A stretch of 64,000 nt of DNA, from NCBI GenBank assembly GCA_044892505.1, contig CM097882.1:260338001-260402000 (forward strand), written 5' to 3'. A model generated the notes under the pieces. The model did no database searches. It saw only the letters and a program-made list of their open reading frames with translations, and was not told where the DNA came from. This DNA is from Schmidtea nova (Eukaryota). Below are positions 23,901 to 37,700 of the stretch, piece by piece (within the stretch, counting starts at the first letter, position 1; the number at the start of each line of letters is the position of its first letter). A program made the position numbers and the translations under genes.

Positions 23901-26246
23901 TATCCATCCTACCGACGTCGATCAACTGAGCAAGCAGAAGTCAGAGGTGTACAAATGGACAGTCGAAATGTTGTGCCTTACAACCCATATTTAGCACTTA
24001 AGTACAACGCCCACATAAACGTCGAAGTCTGCACATCTCTTCGCGCCATCAAATATATGTATACATATTCAAGGGATTCGACTGCGCTAATGTTGCCATA
24101 ACATCGAATGGAGAGCCAGAATTGAGATACAATGAGATCACTAATTTTATAAACTGTCGATATGTGAGTGCACCAGAAGCAATTTGGCGTTTACGAGAAT
24201 ACCCCATGCACGATCGATCTCACAGTGTGATGAGACTTCCAGTCCATTTACCGAATCAGCAAAGAGTCATGTTTCAAGAAGGACATGAAGAAGAAGCATT
24301 ATTAAGAGCACAAACAGGATCAACTAAGTTTCAATCGTGGTTCAAACTCAATGAAAATGACATGAATGCTCGACAATATCTATACACTGAAATCCCTCAT
24401 CACTACGTATTTTCAAAGGGAAATTGGCAAGTACGCAAGCGAGCCGGTGAAAAAGTTGTCGCAAGAATGTATACAGTTGGAGTGAAGGATGAAGAGCGTT
24501 TCTATTTGAGAATTTTATTGCTACACGTACGTGGTGCTACGAGTTTTGAATCGTTGAGAACAGTAGATGGCGTTGTTCAAGATTCTTTCAAAAGTGCAGC
24601 TGCAGCGAGAGGCTTGCTTGAATCTGATGATGAATGGAATAACTGTTTAATAGATGGCGCCATATATTTAATGCCTAAACAATTAAGAGAAATGTTCGCA
24701 TATATTTGTTGTTTTTGTCAGCCTTCTCGACCTCTCACGTTATGGCAAAATCACGTTGCTGATTTCATACTTGACTACTTGAGAAATGATCCAGAAGATG
24801 TCGCGATCAACAAAGCTCTTCATGACATTAACTCAATTCTTAAGCAGCATGGATTATCGTGTGGAAGTATTGGCTTGCCAATACCAACAGGACACGCTCA
24901 TGTCAACGATGATCAGACATTTGACATTTTGGAAGAGGATCAAGATGCTGAAGAACGAATGTCAAAACTTAATGAGAAACAATTCGATGCATTTAATCAA
25001 ATCATAAGAACAATTCACAGTCCAAATTTAAGAACTCGATGTTTTTATGTTGATGGTCCAGGTGGCTCTGGCAAAACATATCTTTATGAGACACTTTTAG
25101 CATGCCTTCGAGGTCGAGGAGAAATCGCATTAGCATTTGCCACAACTGGAATTGCATCAACATTACTCAAGGGTGGAAGGACAGTTCATAGTGGCTTCAA
25201 ATTGCCTGTGCCATTGCTTGATACGTCTGTCTCATCTATGCGACTGAATTCACCTGAAGCTGAAAATTTCAGAAACGCCTCTCTTATTTTGATTGATGAG
25301 ATCACAACGTTTATGAAAAATGGATTACGTTGCATCGACAAGCTACTGAAAGAAATAATGAACAACAAAGCGAGTTTTGGTGGCAAAACAATTGTTGTAG
25401 GTGGAGATTTTCGACAGACGCTTCCAGTCGTTTCCCGAGGCATACGTACAGATATTATTGAATGCTGTATTAAATCGAGTCCATTATGGAATGATTTTGA
25501 ACAACTTACTCTATCGACAAACATGCGAAGTGAAGGTCAAAATGAGCATAACGATTGAGCATAACTGTTGAATTTTTAAATGAGCAAACTCCATCAGGCA
25601 TGCCTCCTCATGTATTATTGCTAAAGAAAGGTGTCGTTATCATGCTGCTGAGAAATTTAAACCCCAAAAAAGGACTGTGCAACGGAACTCGATTGATTGT
25701 GGAAGATCCAGGACGAAATTTAATTAGAGCAAGAATCATTTCCACATGCAATCGCAATGATATTGTTTTAATTCCTAGAATTGATCTCGCTCCAGCTGAC
25801 ACAACATTACCATTCATATTAAAACGCCGCCAATTCCCGATAATTCCCGCGTACGCTATAACAATAAACAAGGCACAGGGCCAGTCATTCGATCATGTTG
25901 GCATTCATTTGGAGACTGCAGTATTTTCGCACGGTCAATTGTATGTGGCTTTATCACGATCAAGAGTTGCAAGCCAAGTGAAAGTGTTCATTGAATCAAA
26001 TCCACGGCAAGGAAATTTATTGAATGACGAGAGACAATTCACACGCAATGTAGTTTTTCAAGAAGTTCTTCAATAAAAACAATTTTTTTGTCAATTTTTT
26101 TTTCATTCCATATATATAACAGAAATAATTTTCAAATTGCTTAAGAATACAAGAAATTGAATTTTTAATAAATATTTAGTATGTCAAACTGTTCATTTAT
26201 TTTATGATTTGTCAACGGGCGCCTTAGGCGCCTTGCAATTAACTAG
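20902..26246 (+). mobile_element. Full-length Helitron (RepHel disrupted)
   Basis: A|TC 5' end, 3' hairpin GGCGCCTTAGGCGCC and CTAG|T end; no TSD. Confidence 0.93.
21463..26076 (+). pseudogene. Helitron Rep/PIF1-like helicase, two frameshifts plus an internal deletion near 25555
   Basis: FITFT, EFQKRGLPHAHIL, GPGGSGKT, GGDFRQ, TINKAQGQS, GQLYVALSR. Confidence 0.93.
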
Positions 26247-27886
26247 TTAAAAATAATAAAATTAAAATATTATAAAATAGGGATAGACAAGTTTAGGACA
26301 AATATACATATAGACAAAGATAACAATGATCGTCAATGCAATCCAATATCAAACAAGTGATCCAAATATGACTTTATGGAAATTGAATTTCAACATTTTA
26401 TTTTTTACAGTGATGACAATTAATGTGATTATTTTGATTTTTATATATTTACGGGATAATTTTATTTATTTTTTTTGTTATTTTCTTTCATAAATAAATA
26501 TAATAATAGTAACAATTTTAAAGGGACCTTTTTAATTTTAAAACGCTAGTTGTTAATATGTAAATATTTTCAAAAAAAAAGAAAAATAGTATTGAAAAAA
26601 CTGACATTATATTTCAATAAATTCACCAACGACATACGAGGGATACTTAGGTGTGTACAATTTATATACAAGCCACTAATTAAAGTAAGGATCGTAAAAA
26701 TATATATGTGTGTATATATAAATAAATACCGATCGTACACCCAATTCCTGAACTAAATCGATTAATTGACATGATATGGCGAGATAAGACCTTGAGATTA
26801 GTGCTGTTAAATCGATAACTACAGTATTTCACCACTGTACTTAATCCACCAAATTGGTGAGTAGATCACCATCGACCTTTGTAGACCGGAATTTAATTTA
26901 GCAGAGTATTCTTTATTTTGAGTATTCCTGATAGCTGTAGATAGTGAAGGCTAACGTTAATCATCAGTAACCCAACACTTGTATTTACTATGTTTCTATT
27001 GTTAGTGTTCTGGTCATTTTGAACTTCGTCTGTCGTTCGTAAATCTTGTAGAATTGGAATCAAGGCTAGTTATTTTAATTAGTTATTTAATTAATCAATT
27101 TCTTTTCTAAATGCTTCCTATATTTAAACTTCCTCGTCTAAAAAGTATGTTACATAATTTAGTTCCTTGCTTAATTGTTCGTTACTTATTTCTAATTCTC
27201 TTGTCTTTTATAGGTTCTTAAGCTTTTCGATTTTTTATTAAATTTTCTGTTTTCATTGAAGGTAACCGGATTAAACAGAACATAAAAGAACCGAACATGT
27301 AAAAACAAAACATGAAAAAAACAGAACAGTGCAAAAACAGAACTATGATAAAACAGAAAAATATTAATTTATGGAATTAATTACCGTACTTTTCATAAAA
27401 TAGTAAATTTTTGGGGGGATACTATTTATAGAAAATTTTCAAATTAAATTCGTGATTTTTTTGATAACGTATTTTATTTAAGGTAAACTCACTTACTCAT
27501 AAACAAACACCGACAAAATGGTTTTGGCGATATATTTCATTAAATTAGTGAATAATTAAATTTAGCAGAGTATTCCTGACGTTTATTTAGAATACTCCTG
27601 ATCGCTGTAGATAGTGCAGGCTAACGTTGAGTTTTAATTTAAATTATTCTGATCGCTGTATATAGCGACAGTGTTTAGAACCATATGAAATCAATAAATG
27701 TTAATTTTCCTCAAGAAAAATCCTACCCAAATTATGACGCAGACTCATCCTAATTAGTACCCATTTGCTAACATTACAATCCCCAACGATATCCCCTCAT
27801 CGCCTTAAATCGGACCCGAAACTTACGACCTGGGACAAATATTTGGGGATGAATTCACATTACTCAGACTGGGTACATGTTATAAT

Positions 27887-28366
27887 TTGTCTAAAACAGA
27901 TGGAAAAGATGTCAATCGAAACATTCGTAGCATCTCAAAGGAGGGCGCCACTTCAATCGAATTCTCGACAACAAAAGCCATCAAAAGTCTAAAGGAACTA
28001 CCACCTCCGATTTTACGAACCATTAATGCTCAGATGTATAAGTGGAGACGAGCCTTCCGAGAAAAATGTCCATTCTCCATCTGGGATACCGGACGAGACC
28101 GGGTGTTGTACCAAGGGGGCCCGGGATGTCCAAATTCGGCCAATCAATGCTACTCGCCGAAATTTGGACGTATGATCGTAATAAATAATGGCCCCGATCA
28201 GAAACCTTCAAGAGTGATTTATTGGGGGCACATCCCACAGGGCGACCTCGCCGATTTAGGGCTAAACCTTTTCACGTCGCCACGTTCTCTTGGGAAAGGT
28301 CATGAGAAACACATGCCCGATTTCTCTCTGACGAGGATCCGACAAGCACCGACAAGCACCGATTAA
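27887..28366 (+). CDS. ORF A family protein (>=159 aa open)
   Basis: Carries all three ORF A motifs (LKELP, FSIWD, HIPQGDL); family promoter motif at 26723. Confidence 0.6.
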   Translation: MSKTDGKDVNRNIRSISKEGATSIEFSTTKAIKSLKELPPPILRTINAQMYKWRRAFREKCPFSIWDTGRDRVLYQGGPGCPNSANQCYSPKFGRMIVINNGPDQKPSRVIYWGHIPQGDLADLGLNLFTSPRSLGKGHEKHMPDFSLTRIRQAPTSTD

Positions 28367-29098
28367 GCACCGAGTGCTTCTATTTACAAATCAAAATGCA
28401 CAATTTGTGCAAAACAAACTAAAAGGCACTTAGTGCCGATTAAGAAAAGCACATAATGTGCAAACAAGAAAAGCAATTAGTGCTTTAATAAATAAATTTT
28501 TTAATAATTTTGTAAAATTCTAAATTTAATAATTGATTTAATTAAGTATAATATTTTAATTAAAATTTTTAGTTAATTATAAATTGTATAATTAAACTGA
28601 AATTTGTAATTAACAATGTATAATAGTTTCACTTAAAAATTCGCAGATTGTTATATAAAAAAATGGTGATTATACTATAAACAAAATCGTATAATATTGT
28701 CATTTTTAAGACATTAGAAATCATAAATTAATTAAAGAAATATTATAATAATTAAAACAAAAAATTAATATAACTTGTGATGTATAAGTGTTAATTAAGT
28801 GTAGATAACCGAAATTTTTAACCTCAGGGATGCTGGGAAAAGGTTTGATACCAAAAATAGTAACTACGTATTGTACTTTAAATTAATGGAAAATTTCGCT
28901 GAGTAAACAACATATTGGATAGACAGAGTGTGTTGACACTCTAAATTGGGTGTCAACAAAAATTTGGTATATAAGCAGACTGATTTTTCAGTCAAACCAC
29001 CCAAAAAATTATTGCGATTAAATCACAGTTGTTATCTGCTAGTGAATTAGATTTTAAAATCGAGCATACAATATACCGAGCTCAGGAAACTGCAAGCA

Positions 29099-29725
29099 TC
29101 TACCATACAATAATTACGCTCATCACTGATTCACTGACTGATTCACTGACTGATTCTGTAACGCAAGTAAAGTGAAGGTGCTTATTGAATCGAGAAACAT
29201 TTAGGATAAAAGGCGAAAGATTATATGGAAACATTTAGGATAAAAGGCGAAAGATTATATGGAAACATTTAGGATAAAAGGCGAAAGATTATAGAGAAAC
29301 ATAGGGAGACATTTAGGATAAAAGACGAAAGATTATATGGAAACATTTAGGATAAAAGGCGAAAGATTATAGGGCAACGTTTAGGATAATAGTAATTGTA
29401 AGGTAATTGTGAGGCGCATAAGGCGCCAGTTGACAAATAATAAAATAAATGAACAATTTGATGTACGAAATTTTTATTAAAAATTAAATTTCTTTTATTC
29501 TTAAGCAATTGAAAATTATTTCTGTTATATATATGGAATGGCAAAAAAAATTGTTTTTATTGAAGAACGTCTTGAAAAACTACATTCCGTGTGAATTGTC
29601 TTTGATCATTCAAAGATTTCCTTGCTGTGGATTCGATTCAATAAGCATCTTCACTTGACTTGCAACTCTTGATTAATTTTTAATTTGCAAAATAAACTTT
29701 TATGATTTGTCAACGGGCGCCTTAG
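29099..29725 (+). mobile_element. Non-autonomous Helitron related to 20902-26246
   Basis: Shared 5' sequence TC...AATAATTACGCTCATCACTGATTCACTGACTGATT; 34-bp tandem unit x ~5; inverted copy of the 3' terminus at 29400-29672; plus-strand 3' end runs into the gap. Confidence 0.8.
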
Positions 29726-30097
29726 NNNNNNNNNNNNNNNNNNNNNNNNNNNNNNNNNNNNNNNNNNNNNNNNNNNNNNNNNNNNNNNNNNNNNNNNNNN
29801 NNNNNNNNNNNNNNNNNNNNNNNNNNNNNNNNNNNNNNNNNNNNNNNNNNNNNNNNNNNNNNNNNNNNNNNNNNNNNNNNNNNNNNNTTTTTCACCTTTG
29901 ATCTTTTTTTATTATTATTATCAATAATTCTCATAATGACTATAGATCAAAATTTATTTTTATAAACAATAACACAATATTTCGGCACAGCCTTTATCAA
30001 GTGTGTATTTCTATCGTTATATTTACTTAATCCTAAATAGTAGCCTTAATTATTTTTTTAATATTTTATAATGATTTTATTGGATGAAAAATTTATT

Positions 30098-30860
30098 TTA
30101 ATTTTTTTGTGCGAATTGAATGTTGATGGACGGTTTGTATTTTTTTATGAAAAAAGTCTCGGAAGCTAATCTTTGTAATGAATTTTTGAATCCCTCTTGT
30201 AGAATCTGGCATTTTGTTTCTTCTATAGATGGAATTGTTTTATGTACTTTCTCCCAGTGTTCGTAATAATTACTGGTTTTGATTTTAGTGTGTTCATTAA
30301 GTCGGGTGCGAAAAGTTCTATGTGTTTCTCCTATGTAAGTAGCGTCACATTTTTGGCAAGAAAGTTTATATACTATATTTTTGGAAAAGCAAAAGCATCG
30401 GGTTGTGGAACGGCAAAGACATTTATGTTTGGAGATGTTGGAAATTGGTGGCTTTCGGAGTTGTGATTTTAACGGTGCGGAGGTTATGAACGTTGGACGG
30501 ATGTGGATAGGCAAATCTGTTTGATTAAAAATGTTGGTGATTTTGTTGGCTGTAGTGTCATTTAGGAAAGGTAATCTTAGATATGTTGTGTGTTTGTTAT
30601 TGTTATTGTGTTTCTGGCGTTTTCTATTGTTGCGTTTATTGTGGTATGGTTCGTTAAGGAAGTGTTTCTTTACAAAGTCTTCAGGGTATCCATTTTGGAG
30701 GAATCGTATTTTGAAGTTTTCTAATGTTTCTTGTATTTTGTTTGCGTCTGAACAGTTTCTTATGGCTCTTTTTCTTTCTCCTATTACTAATAGAAGAAAT
30801 ACACACTTGATAAAGGCTGTGCCGAAATATTGTGTTATTGTTTATAAAAATAAATTTTGA
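30098..30860 (-). mobile_element. Penelope-like retroelement 3' fragment (RT C-terminus plus GIY-YIG endonuclease)
   Basis: KRAIRNCS...FLQNGYP; NIVYKLSCQKCDATYIGETHRTFRTRLNEH; ETFFIKKYKPSIN. Confidence 0.85.
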
Positions 30861-31899
30861 TCTATAATCAGCATTATGNNNNNNNNNNNNNNNNNNNNNN
30901 NNNNNNNNNNNNNNNNNNNNNNNNNNNNNNNNNNNNNNNNNNNNNNNNNNNNNNNNNNNNNNNNNNNNNNNNNNNNNNNNNNNNNNNNNNNNNNNNNNNN
31001 NNNNNNNATAGATTGTGAGGTAATTGTTATTTTTATAAATTTGTAATAGTTATAAATAAATAAAGTTTTTGAAAAGAACCAGTCTTGTTTTTTATTTTTA
31101 TAAAAAACATCAAGTTGTGATTCTCGGAACCTCAGCATCTAAATCGCTATCCTTAAACAAAATAAAAATTAATTTTATGGGAGGGTCAGAGAGACCCTTG
31201 AATAGTAATCTGTAAAATTTATTTTGAGTAGTAACGAAGGGTTAATTAAAAATAAATACTTTTCCTGAACTAAATCGATTAATTGACATGATAAGGCGAG
31301 ATGTATCTGTTTTCTTTACAAATTATTTACAAAGATCTTTATTTGGTTTAATTATTTATCGGCCTAACGAAATGAAAAAGTGCGAAATATAAGATTAAAA
31401 TTTATTTTATGATTTTGGAAGATGCTTTTCAGTGCATGATGATGTAAATTATGATGAAATAAATGCTACTTTGAATGAAAATATAATGAACGATAATAAT
31501 ATATTCAGAATAATTGTTGATGAAATAGTTGAACATTTCGAATCCGTTGAATTTCAAATGAATTATACCATAAAATTATAACTGAAGCTGAATCAAATAT
31601 GATAATATCAGATGAGTAAATATCGAAGGAATTTTTCAATTGGATAATTTTAAAGATGACATCATATCACACAATTCTACCAAATAATAATGGTTACAAT
31701 TACATGCTTAAAGTGTTTTTAAACTGTTCAGTATTTTAATAAATTCGTCGAAATTTAAAATAGAAACAGATTTTTTTGAATAATTTAAATGAGATCTCTG
31801 TATGTTTGATTATGTACAAAATACGTTACAAACATTAAATATAAATATAAATAGCGTTGTGTGTTAAAGTACAAACAAAACAAATTCAAATTTTGGGGG

Positions 31900-32400
31900 A
31901 AATAATTCATTATTAACACATTGACGGATACTAGATAAATGTATCACGTTGTGAACTTCGTTTTGACAGCTATAGACGCAAGTGTCCGCCAGCGCGTTAA
32001 CTAATTTAAAAAATGCAAATGAAAATTTTTTGAAAAGCAATTGTCATGCGAATATTCTATATAAGTCTTTGAAACAATCATTAAGCAATCTAAATGGTGA
32101 TGTTGAAAATATAATTTTTAATGTATATTTTAATTTTTCTATTTTTGCAAAACGAAGAGATAAAAGTAATATAATTTTGTGGCTTCTGCGATATTCAGTT
32201 TAAGGAATTTCTTCGCCATATAACAACAAGATGGTTGATTTTATCGCAGGCCACAGATAGAATTATTTTAACATTATATTAGCAATAAAATAGCACATCT
32301 TAGTGAGGAATTGCCAAAACAAATGCTGTAAATTTTGGATATAACAAATAATAATATATCACCAAAAATTATTGGCTGTTTAAAATCGCTAATTTGTCTT
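31900..32400 (+). mobile_element. Degenerate hAT transposase fragment
   Basis: NCHANIL...FSIFAKRR and, in a shifted frame, LRHITTRWL. Confidence 0.6.
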
Positions 32401-32559
32401 TAGTTTTTAAAATTATAAGATATAATTAAAGTTATTGAGGAGCTCAATTTAAAATCAATAATAACTGATCTAAAAGTGAATTGTTTATTTGAAGAGAAGC
32501 TTGGCGGGGAAAAAAATATTCATTTGTTAAAGCTTGATGAGAGGAAAAGCCCACCGTTA

Positions 32560-33110
32560 ACCTCTGAATATCCTTTATTTCAGAATATTGATCATGGTGA
32601 TTTCTGCTGGCCACTTCCGTAATTCCATATATCCTTGAATTGAAATGGCTAATTTTTTATCTTGGGGCCAGATATACATTTTTGACTATTTTCCTATAGT
32701 AGTTTGTTATAGCTATCGATAAAGGAGTCATTTTTCTTGTTTCCGAACTGACATACTCTGCGTCAACGAACAATATTCTGTTGCGAACTTCTTCGAGATT
32801 CATTTCTTTCCTAACAAATGAAAGTTTTCTTTTCAACATTTCTTCTGAAATCTGCATCAATGTTGAATCATGTTCCTCTGTTGGCAGCATACACTGTCTC
32901 TCATTTCGTTCGTTCTCTATTCTCGTTTCCAAAACAATGATAGTCTCTTCGTTCGCTGCGCGTATGGGTTTTGCCATAATTTTTATTTTGAATTTTTCAA
33001 GAAGATAATTTCTTTAATTCCATTCACGGTTTGATGATATGCTCTTTTGATGACATGCAGGTAATATTCTTCTTTACTGGATATCTGAACTTCATCAGTT
33101 AATTTCATTC
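32560..33110 (-). pseudogene. DEDDh (REX4/ISG20-like) exonuclease-like fragment
   Basis: ILFVDAEYVS...PLSIAITNYYRKIVKNVYLAPR*KISHFNSRIYGITE resembles the ExoI motif and following beta-strand/GIT segment. Confidence 0.5.
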
Positions 33111-33834
33111 CCATTTGTCGGTGTAGTTTAAGCATCTAGATTTTTATTTTTCAATCATCTATTCTTAAATAATAATGTTAAAATGTTAAAATAGTACTAC
33201 TACGTTATCAAAATTGCATGCAAATTAATCATGTCTTACTACACAAATGTTTCTACATAGATGAATCTAAGGTCTCGAAGGCTCGGATCGAATGGTAGAA
33301 GGTCTGGATGTTTTTATTGATTCGTATAACACAATAGCGACGAGAATGGAGAGAAATATTGTTATACTAATGATAGTTATTAATAATATCACACATAATT
33401 TCTTTGTCATTGCTTAATAGTGTTGGGCCAGCCGAAATTAGTTGGAAACTACAACTAAATAAAATAATAAAGAAAGAAATTGAATTAGTTAATAATAAAT
33501 TACCCGACATTAGTAAGGAATCAAGAAATAAAATAAAATAACACGAGAAATAATTAGGGCAAGATTTTCCTATAGGCTAACTAGGCTTCATCCTAGGGCC
33601 TCATGATCATAGCAAAATTAAAATGTACATCTAGGTATTAATTAAAATATTGAAGGAAAGTTCCAACTTTTTTGATTATTGTGTAACCCTTCAAGTTCAA
33701 CAATTTAACAACAATTCAACAACATTTCTTAATTCAAATTACTATTTTATTTTTATTTATAAATAATAAATAATTAACTTTTTTAATGCGCAAAAATTAA
33801 TAATTCAAATATTTTATTAGAGATTCTAATCAAA

Positions 33835-34073
33835 GAATGAATAAAAGATTTGAAAGTGGCGCTTGAAAAAGCAAAAAGATGCTTCAATAATTAGAGATAA
33901 AGAAGCTAGCATCGATAACTACTTAAATGCATGTTCCAACTAGTGCCGTGTTTTTTGCTTTGTTTGTAAACTTTTTCCAAACACTGCATCTTATGCAACA
34001 GCATTAACTTCTGAAGAGTTTAATGATTGGAAAAACCCAGCTATCATTCAATCTCATGAAAATTCGGAAAATC
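33835..34073 (+). mobile_element. hAT N-terminal TTF-type zinc-finger remnant
   Basis: MNKRFESGA*KSKK and FNDWKNPAIIQSHENSENH; ends at the 34078 element terminus. Confidence 0.55.
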
Positions 34074-34077
34074 ATAG

Positions 34078-35700
34078 TGTTGGGTTGTTGATCGTCAATA
34101 TGACCTTGACGTTGCTACGGCTCACATCAACAACTCAACACATAAAACATTACATTAACCATCTTGTTGCCCGTCACAATGTAACGTTGGTAATGCAACA
34201 AATGGGTGGGTATTCGCAATCAGTGAGCGTCGAAAATTCGAAATTATGATTGACCGAATATCTCCTGGGTCCAAGGCTACCGACAGAAGATTTAATGCCA
34301 ATTTTGTCCCTTCCTACATGATTTATCTATAAGCATTCAATAATGTTTTAATCGGAATTTCCAAATAAATAATCTACATCAATATAAGTTTATTATTGCA
34401 TCAAAATAACCCATTTTCCCACATCAAAATATCAACAATTCATGCAAGGATCCATTTACGATGCACATAGCACAAGAACAAACAGAATGGAATCAATAAA
34501 ATCATACGTACAAGGAGTATTAAAGTTCTTTGGGTTTTCGAGATGCTTTTGTACCTTACTGTTACTGAATTTTCGATTTTTCCGATCAAAATCTAAAGCG
34601 TAATAAAATCAATTATTTCAATCAGTTTCTACACATTACATTATCAAAGAAAACAAGCATAATTGCATTTTTAGTTAATTCCCAAGCTCATACGCAAACA
34701 TATCATCACAACTCAATTCGGGGATCAATTATTCCTTTAGAAAATAACTATATTTGGGACTATTCAATTGCCATTATTTAGACCCGAATTTTTATTATTC
34801 TCGTGATTTCTTCAAATTATTCTGTTTTAATATTTAAAATTTAAGTACATTTCATTTATATACTAGTCATATTGTCTATCTTGTTTTAAAACTTATATTT
34901 AAATTTTTTCAAAATTTAATGTTAAGAATTTAAATCATCGCCGAGGCCTTAGTAACGACTTTGATTCAGTAAAACTTTCCTCTTACAGTTTTTAGTCATC
35001 GAATTTTGGGGTTTTTAACATGATTTAATTTTTTAATATCAATTTAAAATTTTTCTATCAAATTAAATTAAACAAGAACTCAACAAGAAAATTTTGTTAT
35101 TATTGAAATATTTTATAATAATCTTGTTTAAAATTGCGATAATTTTAGTTTCTTATCGATCTACACTTGCAATCCAATTGGCTGTTTTATTTTATATGGT
35201 TTTTCAATATAATATTGATTTTAAATGTAATTCAGATTTTTGAATTTCCCATTAACTATCAGGTAAATTTGATGATTTTTCATTTTGTTTGTTTTATTCT
35301 TGAGTTTACAGTTAGCATAATCTATAACCAATTCGAACCATTCACTAGCAACTGTATCAGGCTCAACTATTAATGCTTTTTACGATTTCTCATTAATAGT
35401 AAGTTACTTAAGTATTCCAATTTTTTATGCTTCTATCTCTCTCCCAGTGAACATCTATACCATCATTCGTCTGCAACCTCCTTACCCTGAAGACTCCTGG
35501 ATTTATCAATTTCGTGAATTCGCGTTGGAGATTTTTTTTCGCAATTAACTATCTATCGATTCTGGAATTTTATTATTTGTAAATCCTACAATGCAAGAAA
35601 ATTCGCTCATCAATCAGAAAGATTTCCCACCGATCGAGGAGACCTGAGTTCAACACTCGCACTACACTTCATCTGGACTCTGATTTGCAAATAAAAAAAT
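34078..35700 (-). mobile_element. Unclassified TG...CA element copy (minus strand, right end plus ORF A remnant)
   Basis: 34078-34325 is a close inverted match of 58380-58609, with patchy homology to ~35030/57950. Ends CCCAACA. DRWEIFLIDERIF at ~35600-35635 matches the ORF A WE(I/V)F motif. Confidence 0.75.
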
Positions 35701-35739
35701 TGTTTTGTTGTCTCGGATTTTTAGCAAATTTTAATTTAA

Positions 35740-37700
35740 TGTTGGCCAGGGGAAAATTTTTCTCCTTTGATAGCGTAACTATGGGAAATTGATAATATTG
35801 TAAACAAAGGTGAATTATATAAATCTCCAAGTTGATTGATCCGGCGGTTGGACTTCCGCTACAGGGAAATTTTTACTTCGTTAGTTAATGTGAAACTCGT
35901 TTTACTCTTTTCGATCAAGATTTTCTAATATACTGAGTGATGCGAAAATTTCTGACTGACTGAAAATTTTGATTGGCTGAGACAGCCACGAAAAAAGTAT
36001 ATAAGTAGACACTAAATTCAATGTTAAAAAGGTCATTTTTACCTTAAGGCATTGTACTTAGCAATTTTGTTGAAATTTGTGAATTGAATCTTGTACTTCA
36101 AATCGAACGAAGAAAATAAAGGTATCAGTTGTTGTTATTATGTGTTGTTAATTATAAATTTGATTAACCCCTCATGGTATTGTTGTTTAAAAATCAATAA
36201 GGACATGTCCCGACGATCTTGCGATCTGATGGGCGATAATTGGCCTCCCGACCCGACACTCTCTGAAGTGTTAGGCAGTGCGGCGTACTAGCGCTAAATA
36301 CGGCAGGGGTAAGGGATTGCACATAGGATAAACAAGAATGATTTCCGAGAACAATAAATTCAGTATTTTCACTTAGGATGTTAAAGGACCGACTGAGTAG
36401 TACTAGTATTTGATAAGTTAAAAGATGTTTTTATTCTACAGAGTATAGTGGACCCAATTTGTGACGACAAATAAGGGACACTAACATAATGATCCAGTGT
36501 AAGGAAAGTGAGGCACATTTGAAGTCGTTCACTTGCATCAAGTTATTACTGAGATTACAAAAGGGAATACCATCGAAGGATATTCAAATATGCGGACAAT
36601 AAGTCCGAATTATAAAACCATCGACACGTCGTTGAACAATCATTTTTCTATGGAGCGACAACCGACCACGTGCAGTGAGGTAGTGCAATAGTATCGTCGA
36701 ACAACAGCAGCTCAAAAATTTAAGATGAGGTAGGAAATTTGCGGTAGGAAATTTAAGGTCGTTCTCCAAGTAATAATTAATACCGTCTTTTTCCGAAAAC
36801 AAGACACTGTCTTATTTTCTTTTTTAGTCCAAAATACGCAGTAGGTCTTATTTTCGGGGGAAAGACAAAATATAAGTATAAGCTGGCGACCGGATCCAAC
36901 TCTGCATTTTTTCTCATTTCCTTGGTCCACCAGTTGACACAAGTAATTGTAGTCTGCACGCCATTTACGAACCATACGAAGATCCAGCATCTTCTCTTTA
37001 CAGAATGCTACAAGATTTTTACCTTGTGAGTCTTCCACAATTTCTTTTTTGTACTCGAGAGAATAGCCTTTTTGTTTTGTACTCATTTTAATTGGGATTA
37101 AAAATTATTTGCTAAAGTAAATAAAATCTATATGAGGAATTAATCAGAATTGCAGAGCCAAAATTAATAAAAATAGTATGCCTCATTTTTGCTCAATGTA
37201 TATTGCTGCTTTATGCTGTATTTTATAGAAAATTTTCAAGAATTTATTTTAAACGAACTGCAGCTGTAAATAATTAATTTCTTTAAATATTTTGTCTTAA
37301 ACTTAATTTAAATATGAGTATTGGTAAACCTTGACATATAATTTCTTATAATAGATTAATAGATTTATAATAATAGATTTATAATAGATTTATAATAGAT
37401 TAATAGCTTAAATAGCTTAATAATAGCTTAATTTTCTAACAAATTCTTTCAGTAACGTTAGTTAACTATGGCTTATTTTCGAGGGGATGTCTTATTTTAC
37501 AAAACGTTAAGAAAATTAAGCTAGGGCTTATTTTCAAAGGAGGTCTTATTTTCAGAAAAAGACGGTAGATTGTCGACCGTCAAACGATTGAACGAACATT
37601 CCCCGTGAAGAGATTTCATCAGCATAGCATGATATTCACATCAACACCGTGAGAGAGGGACTCGCCATATGTTTTTGCCATCCATCTAAAATATTGAGAC
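35740..37700 (+). mobile_element. Unclassified TG...CA element copy (left end, promoter, degenerate ORF A split by a MITE)
   Basis: TGTTGGCC start; ATTGG/TATA at 35972-36005; ATG segment ending GG|GTAAG; LQKGIP...IFLWSD and IPREE/FHQHSMIFTSTP match ORF A motifs. Confidence 0.5.
36783..37565 (-). mobile_element. pogo-family internal-deletion element retaining the N-terminal DNA-binding domain
   Basis: 23-bp TIRs (21/23 match, CCGTCTTTTTC[CT]GAAAA[CT]AAGAC), TA TSD; MSTKQKGYSLEYKKEIV...VRKW...RVGSGR. Confidence 0.85.

Noticed and set aside
29707-31138. Track ORFs containing X runs
   Set aside because: Artefacts of N-gaps.
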